A stretch of DNA of 64,000 nucleotides from contig OZ024744.1 of NCBI GenBank assembly GCA_964016885.1, positions 34,162,001 to 34,226,000 on the forward strand, in the 5' to 3' direction. The position numbers and the translations under genes are program-made. The notes under the pieces were generated by a model. That model had not been told where the DNA came from, searched no databases, and worked only from the letters and a program-made list of their open reading frames with translations. This DNA comes from Eledone cirrhosa. Its lineage: Eukaryota. Shown one piece after another: positions 49,673 through 62,110 of this stretch (within the stretch, counting starts at the first letter, position 1; the number at the start of each line of letters is the position of its first letter).

Positions 49673-51924
49673 AACGAACTGCTGTTTACAGAAACCATTA
49701 AAGGCACACAAGAACTGCCCAGATGGTTATCAACTGCCACTACTCTCCTCATTCCCCAAAATAGCCAAACCACCCTTGCTAAAAATTACCGCCCAATAGC
49801 CTGCCAAAACATCATGTATAAATTATATACTGGGTGCCTTAACCTGTTCTTACAGGATCACTGTGCTACCAACAACATCATAACACTTGAGCAAGCTGGT
49901 GGAAAGAGGGAGGTGTGGGGTTGCATAGATCACCTACTAACTAATAAAATGATTCAGGAAAAAACAACAAAGAATCGCAGAAACATGACTGTGGTGTGGC
50001 TGGACTATCAAAAAGCATTTGATAGTGTACCTCATGGGTGAATTATTAAGGCTTTACAGTTAGCCAAAGTCCCACAAACATTGGTAGCTGCTGTTGAACG
50101 TCTGACCAAGAACTGGTACACCAATTTGATCCTTAGAGGCGAGTAGGAGCAAGTTAAGACTGATAAGATACATTACCAGAAGGGCATCTTTCAGGGTGAT
50201 AGCTTGTCAGTGCTACTCTTCGTTCTCTCACTAAATCCACTATCTTACCTACTCAAGAAACAAGGTGGACAAAGAAGTGGGTCCAGAAGTATCTCCCATA
50301 TTTTCTTTGTTGATGACCTGAAGTTGTATGGGCCAAATATCAATGACATCTAGAAACAATTGGACCTCATTACACAATTTTTAACAGACATCAAAATGAA
50401 ATTTGGTGAGTCCAAGTGTGCATATTTGGCAGTAAAACGTGGAAGAGCTGTGCCCTCCTCTAGAAATCTAGAGATGAACAGCCTGACAATACAACCTCTA
50501 CAGTCAGGTGACAACTACAGATATCTTGGACAGGATGAGAATGTCAGATATGATGGACCCATAAATAAGGAGAGAACCAGATCTGAATACCTCAGAAGAG
50601 TAAAGAAAATATGGTCATCAGAACTGTCATTGTACAACAAATACATTGCCCACAATACTTATGCTGTGCCAATTCTAACGCCAACATTTGGCCTGCTGAA
50701 CTGGTCATTGCAAGAATTAAGTGAGATGGATGTTAGAACTCGCAAACTTCTCAGTGTTACTGGGAACTTTAACATCAATGGTGATGAGGATAGGCTATAC
50801 TTCTCACGCAAGGAAGGAAGGTGGCTGGGGTCTAAAATCTATATTAACAACATATGAGACCCGGATAGTAACACTGAAGCAACACCTTCAACAGAGGAAA
50901 AAGGTTGGCAACCATCTTGCCCAGGTTTATGAGAATGAAAAAAAAAAATATCATTAGAATAGCGACTGATCTGGAGGAGAGATATCGAATAAAGCCTGAT
51001 ATAAATCTCTCAACCAGAGAAATCGGAAGATCCTATTCAATGTTCAAACAAGATGAATAAATTGACCAAATTACAGAAAAAGTTGTACATGGATACTTGA
51101 GACGTAAAACACAGACCATAGAGGGGATAAACCACTCAAAAAGCCTGGCACGGAGTTCCGACAAGTTTATGACATCACACCTTGAGGGATATCTCTATGC
51201 AATACAGGAACAAGAACTCCCTACCAAATATCTGCTGCACAAAAGGGGAGGGCCAGCAGCTGACAATAAATGTAGGTTATGTAAAACAAAGATCGAGGAT
51301 GTAAGCCACATTGTTGCCAGCTGCGAAAGAATGTCATCTCGCTACTACCTCCCCATGAGACACGATGGGATAGCTAGAACCATCTGGAACGCACTTCGGA
51401 AAACAAAATTAACAACAAACGAGGAAGAATATATTGAGACAGATAGCACTAAGGAATACTGGTGGAACCTGAAAATAAAAGCTGCCACCAAATTAAAGCA
51501 CAACCAGCCTGATATTGTTGTTTGGGACCACACATTGAAAACGTGTTCTGTTGTGGAGATCAGCTGCCCACTTGATGTAAACGTTGTCAGAAAAATACAG
51601 GAGAAGGAGGACATCTATGGACCATTGATGAGGAGTTTACAAATCTAGTATCCAAGATACACCTTTAGCTTCATACCCATCATTATTGGAGCTACGGGTT
51701 ATATACCAACCCGCTTGGACCAAAATATGACTGAACTTGGATTTGCGGACAAAAAGCGCAGCTCCCTAATTCATAGTCTACAAATGGCTACGATAGCTGG
51801 CACCTTCAAAATTTGCAAAACATTCCTGCGATTCAAGAGATGACAATTTCTTTTCTTTTACAACCTTGCCACCAGGAAGCTGGCCGGTGAAAAAAATATA
51901 CTCGAAATTAAGAGAAAGAGATAA
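49673..51924 (+). mobile_element. R4/Dong-like RLE retrotransposon, 5'-truncated, ending at (CATA)n
   Basis: NYRPIAC, WLDYQKAFDSVPH, YRYLG, CRLC..HIVASC, RHD, QPDIVVWD..VEISCP. Confidence 0.88.
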
Positions 51925-52734
51925 CATACATACATACATGGTGGCTGCCAACTCGTTTTCGAGTACGGCCACTACTATATATATATATGTGTGTATATGT
52001 GTATGTATATGTATTTGTATATATGGGGGTATAGATGTGTATGTGTGGATATAGATATGTATGGATATGTATATATATATGATTATATGCATGCGTGTGG
52101 ATGTGTATTTAGGTTTACATCTATTTGCACGTATGTATATTTTGGTTAGATATCAATATAACTGTACCTCTCTCTGTATGTGGTGTGAATATGTGCACTC
52201 TGTAGACTATGAAATTTATGTGTTTTAACTATGCCAACATGTACTTATCTGAGTTTGATTGTTTATGCATAAACATACTTAGTAATATGTTAGAGCGTAT
52301 AATATGTTATATTATACTGAGTGCAATTTACCACACCTTACTATATTCTGTTGGTTCAGTTGTATATTATCGCATTACTATATCACATTATCTTATTATA
52401 ATTTTCTTCTTTTAATATACTATCTTTCCTAGCCATAACATTAATTTATATTCACCTTAAAACTCAATACAATACTAAACACCATTTATTTTGATATTCC
52501 TTTTAAATTCACTATACAAGATACATTCAACTATCAGTTTGACAATCCCATTCCTTCCTAATAGATTTTTATGCCATTCCTACTGACACCTTTCAACCAT
52601 TCCTTTCAAAGGGTCATGACCTCAACTTTTCATCTTAACACCATATGAAAAAAACAATTTGATTCGTTAGTTCTTCAACTACCTCCAAATATGGACATGA
52701 TACTAATTCTGAGTAAAATTATTATTGAATAAAA

Positions 52735-52913
52735 CAGTATCGGTAGAGGGTCGGACGCCATGCTTTCCAGCATAGTTACGTCCCTTTACGATCTGAGTTC
52801 AAATCCCGCCGAGGTTGACTTTGCCTTTCATCCTTACGGGGTCGATAAAATAAAGTACCAGTAATGCACTGGATAACTGCTGGCCTTGTGCCTAAAGTAG
52901 AAACAATTATTAT
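52735..52913 (+). mobile_element. SINE family A
   Basis: Near-identical to 5793-5968. Confidence 0.85.
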
Positions 52914-53728
52914 TGCTTTTGAAAACAGCTGGTGATATTCATGTAAGTAAATATTCTCTCTATCTGATAGTTTGTAAACTTACATAGATCAATAACTGAG
53001 TATAGATACAATGTATTATCACCATCTAGAAACGATCGTAAAGCAGTGAAGTATATCTCTAATGACTTGATTTTTTATATCATTGTTTTAAATTATATCA
53101 TGACTCTGTTTTCCTTTTACTGTTTTACTGTTTTCTGAGATTTATCTTAACCTACAACATTTTCAACATATGGATTACATTGAGTTCTTCATACAGAATA
53201 GACCCCACAACTTACAGTGGGTACCTGAGATGACCCCTTAGCCTTACTGGACCGAAAAATGCGGACGCATGTGTATTAATATTCTTAAATAATAATAAAC
53301 CTGGAAAAGTACAGGACAAGTAGAATTAACTCTTAAAATATTGAAGCTGGAATTTGAATTTGATGAATTTAATGTACAGTAAAATTAGCAACGCCAAGAG
53401 ATAATAAGAAATAATAATGAATTAGGGGATTTATTAGATATTAAGTCATCAGTTTGCATAAGTCAGCAATCACCATTTTGCCAACCAAATGCAATTAATG
53501 TCATCAATCTTTTGTACATAAATTGTCAGTTCATTTAAGTTGTCACTTTTTTTGTCCCTTTAGTGGGGTAATTATACTGTATTACTTTAAAGATTGACAA
53601 TAAAAATTAATTGAAATTAATAGTAAAAAGTAATGAGCTAAATTTAGCATAAATTGTCATCATATTAAAATTATTAATCTAATTTCATTTTAAAAAAAGT
53701 TAAGCCAAAATTTGTCAAGATCGAATTA

Positions 53729-53847
53729 CAGTTGACTCTCCCTAATTGTCAGCGCCATTTTGGGCCCAACTTTTATTTTTTGTGACTCTCCCTAATTGTC
53801 AGTCATTTTTACAGTTCCTTTGAGTGACAATTAGAGATAGTCAACTG
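53729..53847. mobile_element. Tc1/mariner-type MITE, 119 bp, TA target duplication
   Basis: TA-cagttgactctccctaattgtca ... tgacaattagagatagtcaactg-TA. Confidence 0.8.
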
Positions 53848-54329
53848 TATTTCAAAAGGAAAATTCAGTGATCAAGTGCGATATCATTCTGAGTGATAAT
53901 CTGGATTACTGTTCCTTTCTTATGAGGAAAGCAGAGACTATCTTTTAGAGATTAGCACCAAAGATTAAGTAGGCCATTCCTAATGAATCAAGGTGATTTC
54001 TAGATCATTTCTAATTATTTAATTAATAATTAAAGTAAAAAATTATCTTGGTTGTCTTTAGGTCATTCTTGTGTTATTCTAAATCTATCCATGAAAGAGC
54101 TAGGAATGACCATTCCACATGCCAGTGCCGAAACGCTGGCACAGAAATGCCTGCACCGAAACGTCCTGTTCCATGCCATCTTAACAACCTTCACCTCCTT
54201 GTGATTAAGTGTGATGTCATAGGCTTATTATTGTACATTTAATTCATCAAATTCAAATTCCAGCTTCAATATTTTAAGAGTTAATTCTACTTGTCCTGTA
54301 CTTTTCCAAGTGTATTATTATTTAAGAAT

Positions 54330-54356
54330 GCTGGCCTTGTGCGTAAAGTAGAAACA
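54330..54356 (+). mobile_element. 27-bp 5'-truncated SINE A insertion with a 16-bp TSD
   Basis: attattatttaagaat at 54314-29 and 54357-72; absent from the left inverted arm. Confidence 0.8.
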
Positions 54357-54816
54357 ATTATTATTTAAGAATATTAATACACATGCGCCCGCATTTTTCG
54401 GTCTAGTCCCCCTTTTTTTAAGGTATTGCAGCAAATTATTTTATTTAAATTACCTTGACCATTTGCTAAGGCATTTGCAATCCTTTTTCATCAATAAAAA
54501 TTAATTTTTCATTTCAATATTTCTATAAAATCCAAAATATTAAAATTGAAAAGGTATTTTGTAGAATATAATCAATAGAGACATTTTCCTTTTCCGAACA
54601 CCCTTACTACAAGCCTTCAGGTGTGCCCATAGAGACAAAGCTATAATAGACTATACTCTAATGATCAATTTAGAGTTTAACTTAGCAAGTGAAGTTATTA
54701 AAGAGGCTAGAAAAACAAGCAGTTAAAATAACTGAGTCAAAAATAAATAAAATTAAGCAGTAAATACATAAAATGCCAATAAACAGTGAGCTCAAATTCA
54801 ACAATAATTTGTCCAT

Positions 54817-55272
54817 AATTAGCATTTAGTCCCAAATAAAATTAAGTAGTCCAGAATTAGCATTTAGTCCCAAATAAAATTAAGTAGTCCAGAATTAGCA
54901 TTTAGTCCCAAATAAAATTAAGTAGTCCAGAATTAGCATTTAGTCCAAAATAAAATTATGTAGTCGAAAATAAGCATTTAGTCCAAAATAAGCAGCAAGT
55001 AGTCAAAAATAAAATTAAGTAGTCCAGAATTAGCATTTAGTCCCAAATAAAATTAAGTAGTCCAGAATTAGCATTTAGTCCAAAATAAAATTATGTAGTC
55101 GAAAATCAGCATTTAGTTCAAAATAAGCAGCAAGTAGTCAAAAATAAAATTAAGTAGTCCAGAATCAGCATTTAGTCCAAAATAATCAGCAAGTAGTCCA
55201 AAACAAAATGAAGTAGTCCAGAATTAACAGTAGTCCTAATTATAAGTTGGTAGTCCAAGATCAATAGTCCAA
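54817..55272. repeat. 38-bp tandem repeat (two TAGTCC-containing subunits)
   Basis: aattagcatttagtcccaaataaaattaagtagtccag at 54817, 54855, 54893 and onward. Confidence 0.9.
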
Positions 55273-55289
55273 AATCAAAAATCAAAAAT

Positions 55290-57350
55290 CTAAATTTGTT
55301 CCATAAACAATACAACCACATTTGGTAACTTAGGAGAGGAAATTTAATGTGCCTTTTTTTGATAATGTTGTCACTAATTTCATCCCAATTTGCAGCACCA
55401 CTTTTTACCAGACAAGTATAATGGCCTGCCGTAGATGATACTCCTTCATGAAGAATGGCAGCTTTTAATGTGAAATTTGTGCCATGGTTGCTTTTTTGAG
55501 CTAAAGTTCATAATATCACAATTAATTCTTTGTTCTCCTTCATTATTAATAAAAAATTTACTAATTGAGATGACAAGATATTTGAAATCGTTAGTAAATT
55601 CAATTCTTGAAGTTATTTGATGCTCAGTATTTTCAGAACAAGTATCACAGTATTTAGTCAAAGTATTTGTTGTTGAAAGTAGAGATTTAAATTTGTTGTG
55701 TGCCATTAATAGGATTTAATATCAAATCCTCTTTTATTTGAAATGGAAGTTCAGATTCTATACCACATCCAGGTCTTGAATTACAATTGCAAACATTGTT
55801 ATTTAAATCTTGGAAATTTGTTTGATGCAATTGGATGCATCTAGTATGATCAGTTTGAATAAATTGAAGTTTTTCTCTAAATACCAAGTCTAAATGTAGA
55901 GAGAGTTCTTTCCAAAATTCATGAGCACATTGTTGATTTCCATCATGAAATCTTCCTCCAATTCTTCTTCTTAAGTTAGAGACATTATTATGATTATTAA
56001 AAATGATATTGCTTAATTCTTGATGTACTCCATTCATGTTGTTAAAATTATGCAAATTGTACAAATTCAGGCAATTGATTCAGTGATTGCACAACTGAAT
56101 TTGCAAAACAAGCATTTCTTTGGTTGATCAATTGATGTTTAGGGATTAAAGTTTGGCTGTTTTCATTTCTTTTCTTCTTTTTGGCAGATTGGTTTGAATT
56201 TTCTTCCAAATTAAGTCTTTTAGTTCTTTTCTTGGGCATGCTAGAAGCATTTGCCATGCAAGGATGCTTTTTCCTGCAAGGTGGCAATGGAGGCAAATCT
56301 GCTCTTCCAGTACTAGCCCGTAGTTTGTTGTACTCTTCCCATGCAGATTTGTCAACCATGATCAATGATCTTGGATCAAAGTCACAGAGATACACATTGC
56401 AAAGTTTTCTGGCTCTTGAAAGAGCCACATAAGCTTGACCATCAGAATATATCTGATTTCCTAAATCAGCAATTATTCCATCCACAGAAATTCCTTGTGA
56501 TTTGTGAATTGTTATAGAGTAAGCAAGAGATAATGGAAATTGTGTTCTGGTGACAAAAACACCAGGAGAAATTTCATAGTCTGCTTGAACTCTTCCAATG
56601 GAAATGGGTTTGTCCTTTTTGGTATCAAAAGACACCAAAATTTTGCTTCCATTCCCAATTAATTCAATAACTGTTCCAATAACACCATTGCATAAGCCTT
56701 GATCTACATCAATGTTTCGTTTCAACATCACTCTTGCTCCAATTCCAACATTTAGCAAAGTTTCTAGTCCAGCAGTATCAGAAGTTTTCTTGTTTTTGCC
56801 TTTTTCAACATTTTTCTTTTTTCTTCCATTTACTTGTCTCATACCAGAATCTTTTGCAGCAAGTTTCACTGCATTTATGTTGCATTTTTTAATCATTTCA
56901 TTATTCAACTCATCAACAGCTTCATTCAAAGATAAAATGCATACAAATTTTAATTCAGGAATAGAATACAATTCAATCAATTTTTTAGCAATTTCTTCAA
57001 CAGATGCTTTTCTATCAGGAAATAGGCATCTTTTTTGAAGAATGCTAATATCAGAGTCTGATGGGGAACCAATCCTAATTCTTCCCAAAATATCAACATA
57101 GTTGTCTTTGTCTTCTTTTTGTCTCATATTAATGGTTAGCTCATCATATTGAAAGTATTTCCACAATGAATGCCCACTAATGCCAATTTCTGTTCTTTTG
57201 GCCTCCTATGATGAAATTCTAGAAAATACTGGTTTTTCATTTACAGGTGGCAATTGCATCAAATCACCAAATAAAAGAAGATTCATTTTTCCAAAAGGAG
57301 AATGCCATTTTTGGGGGATCTCCAAACATTTCATAAGCCTTTTGTGAATA
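55290..57350 (-). pseudogene. Helitron-like PIF1-family helicase (C-terminal part) fused to a USP/peptidase C19-like domain; about three frameshifts and one stop
   Basis: Helicase: PFGKMNLLLFGDLMQLPPV, LTINMRQ, GARVMLKRNID..GLCNG, RTQFPLSLAYSITIHKSQG, GQAYVALSRA. Same ORF continues into LINQRNACFANSVVQSL (Cys box). Next frames give QQCAHEF, CDTC, and LKAAILHEGVSSTAGHYTCLV...WDEISD (His box). Confidence 0.85.
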
Positions 57351-57361
57351 ACTATAATTAA

Positions 57362-57782
57362 GGGAAACTACTTAGTACAGCTACGATGGATTTATACTAG
57401 AGTTATGTCCCTTACCGTTACTCCTCATCTAATTTCGTCACTTAAAGTCACACAACTCTATTTCTATGGCACCAATCTTTACAATATTGACAAATTTCGA
57501 TTCAGCTTATCGAGTTCTATCTACTTAGAGAGGTAGCATGAAATTATATATGAAATTTAAAAAGTTATGATGATTCAAAGTCAATGAGGGGCCTTATCCC
57601 CCCCAAACTTGACCACATATTTTAGCGTAACGTTTTTTCTACTGACCGAAATTTTAATTTCCTTCTACCAAAATGTAGCCTGGAATGAGTCCATTCTAGT
57701 GCAAAAAAATCTGATCAAATTTGGTTGAGAACTAAATTAGTGACAAGTCCTAGAAGTGGCTGTCGTTGGGAAAAAGTTGACC
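57362..57782. mobile_element. Possible non-autonomous TTAA-targeting DNA transposon (Kolobok-like) truncating the helicase
   Basis: TTAA on both sides (57358-61, 57783-86), GG...CC ends, only weak TIRs (gggaaact vs ggtcaact). Confidence 0.35.
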
Positions 57783-58030
57783 TTAAGAATATCATTCACA
57801 CACTACTGTGTGTGAATGATATATATATACAAATTTTAGTACAGCATTAACGAAGCTTTAGGCTGCGGCTAAGATAACGAATGCAGATTCGGAATGTAGC
57901 TTTAGCACTCGATGGAGAATAATACCCCAGAGTTATAGCAATACGTTTAGACAGCTTTGCCAATCAAATATAGCGACCAGCAGTCCAGCCGCATTGCCAT
58001 GGCAACGAAAAAGACTGAACTCAGGGAAAG

Positions 58031-58032
<2 letters not shown>

Positions 58033-58090
<58 letters not shown>

Positions 58091-58392
58091 TAGATAGATA
58101 TAATATTCATACATATACACACATATACACGCACCCATACACATACATCCATATATATACACATATATGTGAATGAAAATGGCGTGTTGCGTTGTTGCAT
58201 GCATACTTATATATATTCACACACAAACACACACACATATATATATATACACACACACACATATATACTAACATACACACATATATATACATATACACAT
58301 GTATATACACGTATACATACCTACATACGCATATGCATACAATACACTCATATACATACATATATACACACACACATAAATATATACACATA
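58033..58392. repeat. Compound (TA)/(GA)/(CA) microsatellite
   Basis: Directly visible. Confidence 0.9.
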
Positions 58393-58708
58393 TGATGGCT
58401 GCCCCCTCGTTATCGAGTATGGCCATTGCACGAGAAAAAAAAACATATATATATTAATAACAATAATAATAATAATAATGATTTCATTTATTGGCCACAA
58501 GGGCCGACATATAGGGGACAATAGAAAATACTGGGACAGTGGGGTTTTACAGAAAAATCGAGTAAACAATATGAATAACAATAACAAAGTAACAATAAAG
58601 TAACAATAACATTACAACAAGAAAACATTTCCCAATAGGGGGGATGACCACCTAGGGTTCGCTCAGGTACCCCACTCATCCTGAACGACCCGACGCTTCC
58701 AGAGCACC

Positions 58709-61700
58709 CTACAGCCGCATGACCAGAGTAGGCCCACTCACACGGGCCATTCTCGCCACATTCACCCACCTTTCAGCAAATGTACTGGGGGGCAGCACTT
58801 CTCTCTCCACCCTCACCTTCCTTTCCAAGTGAAACTTGAAAAAGTTGATGAGGGATTGGCCGAAGAGAAAAGTGTCTGTCTTCAGTCCTTTCAACCTCGT
58901 CCACCATACAACCTCTTTCGCTACTGCCACCAGACAGAGGAAAATTGCCTGCCCTTCCTGGCCAAAAGAAGGCGGCGAGTCGATCTTCACTATGGACTCG
59001 GCCGATAGCCGGATCCGTTCTACACGCGACAACAGCTGTTCAACATAACTCCACAAGTCAGTAATGCACGGACACTGGACGAGTGCGTGCAGAACGGTTT
59101 CGTCGCTCTGCGCGCATCTCGGGCAGGTCCGTCTGACAGCACTTCCGTGCCTGTAGAGTTTATCTCGAACCGGCAGTGCCCTCCGGTAGCACTGCCAAGC
59201 GAGGGATTTTGGGAAATTATCCATCGTCCCCGGCTCGAAAGTCCTCCGGTACAAACTGGTTAGTTCGACTTCGTTGACTCCCAGAGCCTCTCCGAGTGCG
59301 TCGTCGCACTTGCCCACCACTAATCCTCTATAGAACTCGAGAGTGGAAGTTCCGCTGACGGCATTGCCCGCCTGGTAGAGGGCAGTGAGTGCCTGGCAAC
59401 ATTCCAGATGCCAGTCACCCAGATCGGTCTCTTCTTGACCCAGCACTGCAGCTCAGTCAAAGAAACGATTTGCGCAATGGCCCGTCTGACAAACGGCGAC
59501 CACACCTGTTCACCGTTTAGGCAGAATATCTGGAGATGCCGCAGTGTCTGCGCATCATTAGCCACGGCATGCCCAGCCCTCCACGTAGAGGGTGCTGGCA
59601 GCAGATGGACCGCCTCACCAGCGGAACCTGACCCCTCCACAAGAATGTGAAGAGGAGCCGCCCCAAGATGGCGAGGCGCGAACGAACGACGGTCAGACGG
59701 TAGTAGATGATGGACGCAATGTACGCGTTCGCCACCTCCGCCCGACCTTTCAGTGATAGCTTCATCCCAGCCCATTTCTGGGTGAGACTGGCTACCCTGC
59801 CCGTCACCTCGTCCCAATTCTTATCCACCTGGTGGTCTGGCCCGAACCAAACCCCTAGCAACTTTACCGGTCCGTCCCTCCAGCGCCTAACGACGCTGTT
59901 GGGCGGCATGGACTTGCCTCTCCAGGTGCCGAGTTGCAACACCATCGACTTTTCCGGGTTAAGTTTTGCTCCCGTCAACCTTTCATATTCCTCCAATAAG
60001 TTGCCGACCACCTCGATTTCTGAGATGTCTGACACCATCACGGTGATGTCGTCCGCATAAGCCGACACAGCCTTTCCGCGTCCCGGTTCGAGCGGGATGC
60101 CCTGCAACAGCTCCAGCTTCCGCAGTAAAGGCTCGAGAGTCAATACGTACAAAAGGGAGGAGAGAGGGCACTCTTGACGGACCGATCGGGAGACCTGAAA
60201 CGGTTCCGAGATGTGGCCATTAATTTTGACCATCGAGCAGGTGCCGCTGTGCATTGCTGCGATCCAGCTTCTGAAGACGGCGCCGAAGCCAGCCGCCTTG
60301 AAGACAGCCTCCAGGTACCGATGGTCGACCCTATCGAATGCTTTTGATTGATCTAAATTGATCAGAGCCCCACCGAAGCCAGGTTTACACCCTACCCTCT
60401 CTGTGATGTATCGCATTAGGTGGAGGTTGTCGTGTATGGACCTGGTTGGGATTGCATAAGTTTGCGCCTCCCCAACCAAATCCCCGACGACAAGCGCCAA
60501 CCTCTTCGCTAACACCTTGGCCAAAAACTCTGTGTTGAGCAGAGTTATGGGCCTGAAATTGTCTAATGTGTCCCTCTTGTTCTCGTCTTTCCTTATCAGC
60601 GTCACTACGCCCCGGCTCACAGAACTGGGAATACTCCCGTTTTGCTGCCAGATGCAGTAGAGGGCTTCGAGGAGATTGGAGAATAAGTGCCATATTTACG
60701 TAAAGCTCGTAGGGCAGACCATCCAAACCGGGTGACTTGCGCCTCATGCAGCCGACAACGGCATCCTGAATCTCGGCTGAAGTAATTGGCCTTTCGCAGC
60801 GCCCAGCGTCAGCGATTGAGAGTTGCGGCAAGCCATCGAGTAGGGACTGATTCCGCCACCATCTCTGACCCGCCACTTCCCCCCGAACAACCGAGCAAAA
60901 TGTTGGCGAAAAGCCTCACACATCCTCTTGGAATCTCTCAGCTCGTGCCCGTCTCGGTCCGTCAAAGACCGAATCGTGGTATTATTACCACGCTGCGCCT
61001 CTGCCACGCGAGCCCATCGAACAGCTTTGGTTCCCTCGTTTCTCAGAGCACGCGCCTTAGCTCTGACAATGCAACCTTCGTGTTTCGCATTGAAGAAATG
61101 GTCTAATGCTATTCTCGCCGCTAGCACGTCAGTTGCAATGCCACTACCAATAGCCTCGTCTAACTGATGTACCAACTCCCCTTCCTTTCTATTTTTCTCT
61201 AACGCTACTTCTTTGCTAAACTCTATCGACATTACTCTAATCTCTCTTTTGAGAGCCCCCCACCATCTATTGTTGACGACTCCCCCTGTCAACTTTTTCT
61301 TAACTAAATTGTTGACCTGGTCCCTGTAAGCCTTACGTGCCGGAAATGACATATTTAGCTTCCAGTAACCCGGTCCTAACCTACGCGTCTTATCTAGGTC
61401 GACCATACAGATCACAAACTTGTGATCTGAATAGGCGACCGTTTCAAAACGTGGACAGCTGACACTATTTCTGTCTATTTTCCTAATGAATACCCTGTCT
61501 ATATACGATCTAGATGACCCTATGCGGTTAGCCTATGTCCACACTGGCAGATTAGGGAAATCTAGTCGGTACCAGTCAGACAGTTGGAACTGGCTGATCA
61601 GGTTCTTGAGGCTTTTGCCCCCCCCCCCGCTCCTATCGGATACTCCCACACAGTCCCAGCGTGCGTCTAAGATGCCGTTCCAGTCCCCAACAGTAAAGGG

Positions 61701-62078
61701 CGAGACGTGCCCAGAAAGGCTTCCACCGTCTAAAGAAGTCCGGCCGTCCTGCCCCAGTAGGAGCATAGACGGCCACCAGTCTAAAGGCACCACCTTCGTT
61801 ATTGTTCACGTCCAGGACCACCAACTTCCCGTCCGGGTCCCGGAAGATCGATCTTTCCTCGAGATCCAGGCCTTTCCTAAACAGCACTGCCGGCTAACAG
61901 ATGCAAAGATCTGATAGTCGTCGAAAATGGGGGCTAGTGCGCGCGTGTCGGAAATCCCGGTCTCGCTGACGGCAATTACATCCATTTCTATAGACCTGAG
62001 GTCATTGAGCAGGTGACCCTGCTTCCAGGACGATCCCAGGCCTCGAACATTTAAACATCCTACTCTTAATACGGCCAT
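58709..62078 (-). pseudogene. Tx1 family B ORF2 (APE-RT-Zn knuckle), multiple frameshifts
   Basis: MAVLRVGCLNVRGL, GDWN, WKLN, NFRPITLLN, LDQSKAFDRV, YADD, CPRC..HALVQC. Confidence 0.9.
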
Positions 62079-62110
62079 GTTGGCAGGTTAAAAAGAGAGA
62101 GAGGAAAGGT

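Larger units (their letters stand above)
53246..54407. repeat. ~133-bp inverted repeat pair, each arm ending outward in a hairpin + CYAG-T (Helitron-like terminus)
   Basis: 53246-53378 versus 54232-54407; the right arm is interrupted by a SINE fragment. Confidence 0.8.

Noticed and set aside
54817-55272. CRISPR-like array
   Set aside because: Contiguous tandem units without unique spacers, eukaryotic context and no cas genes.
56048-57166. Host PIF1 gene
   Set aside because: Intronless, disrupted, fused to a protease-like domain and embedded among transposon termini.
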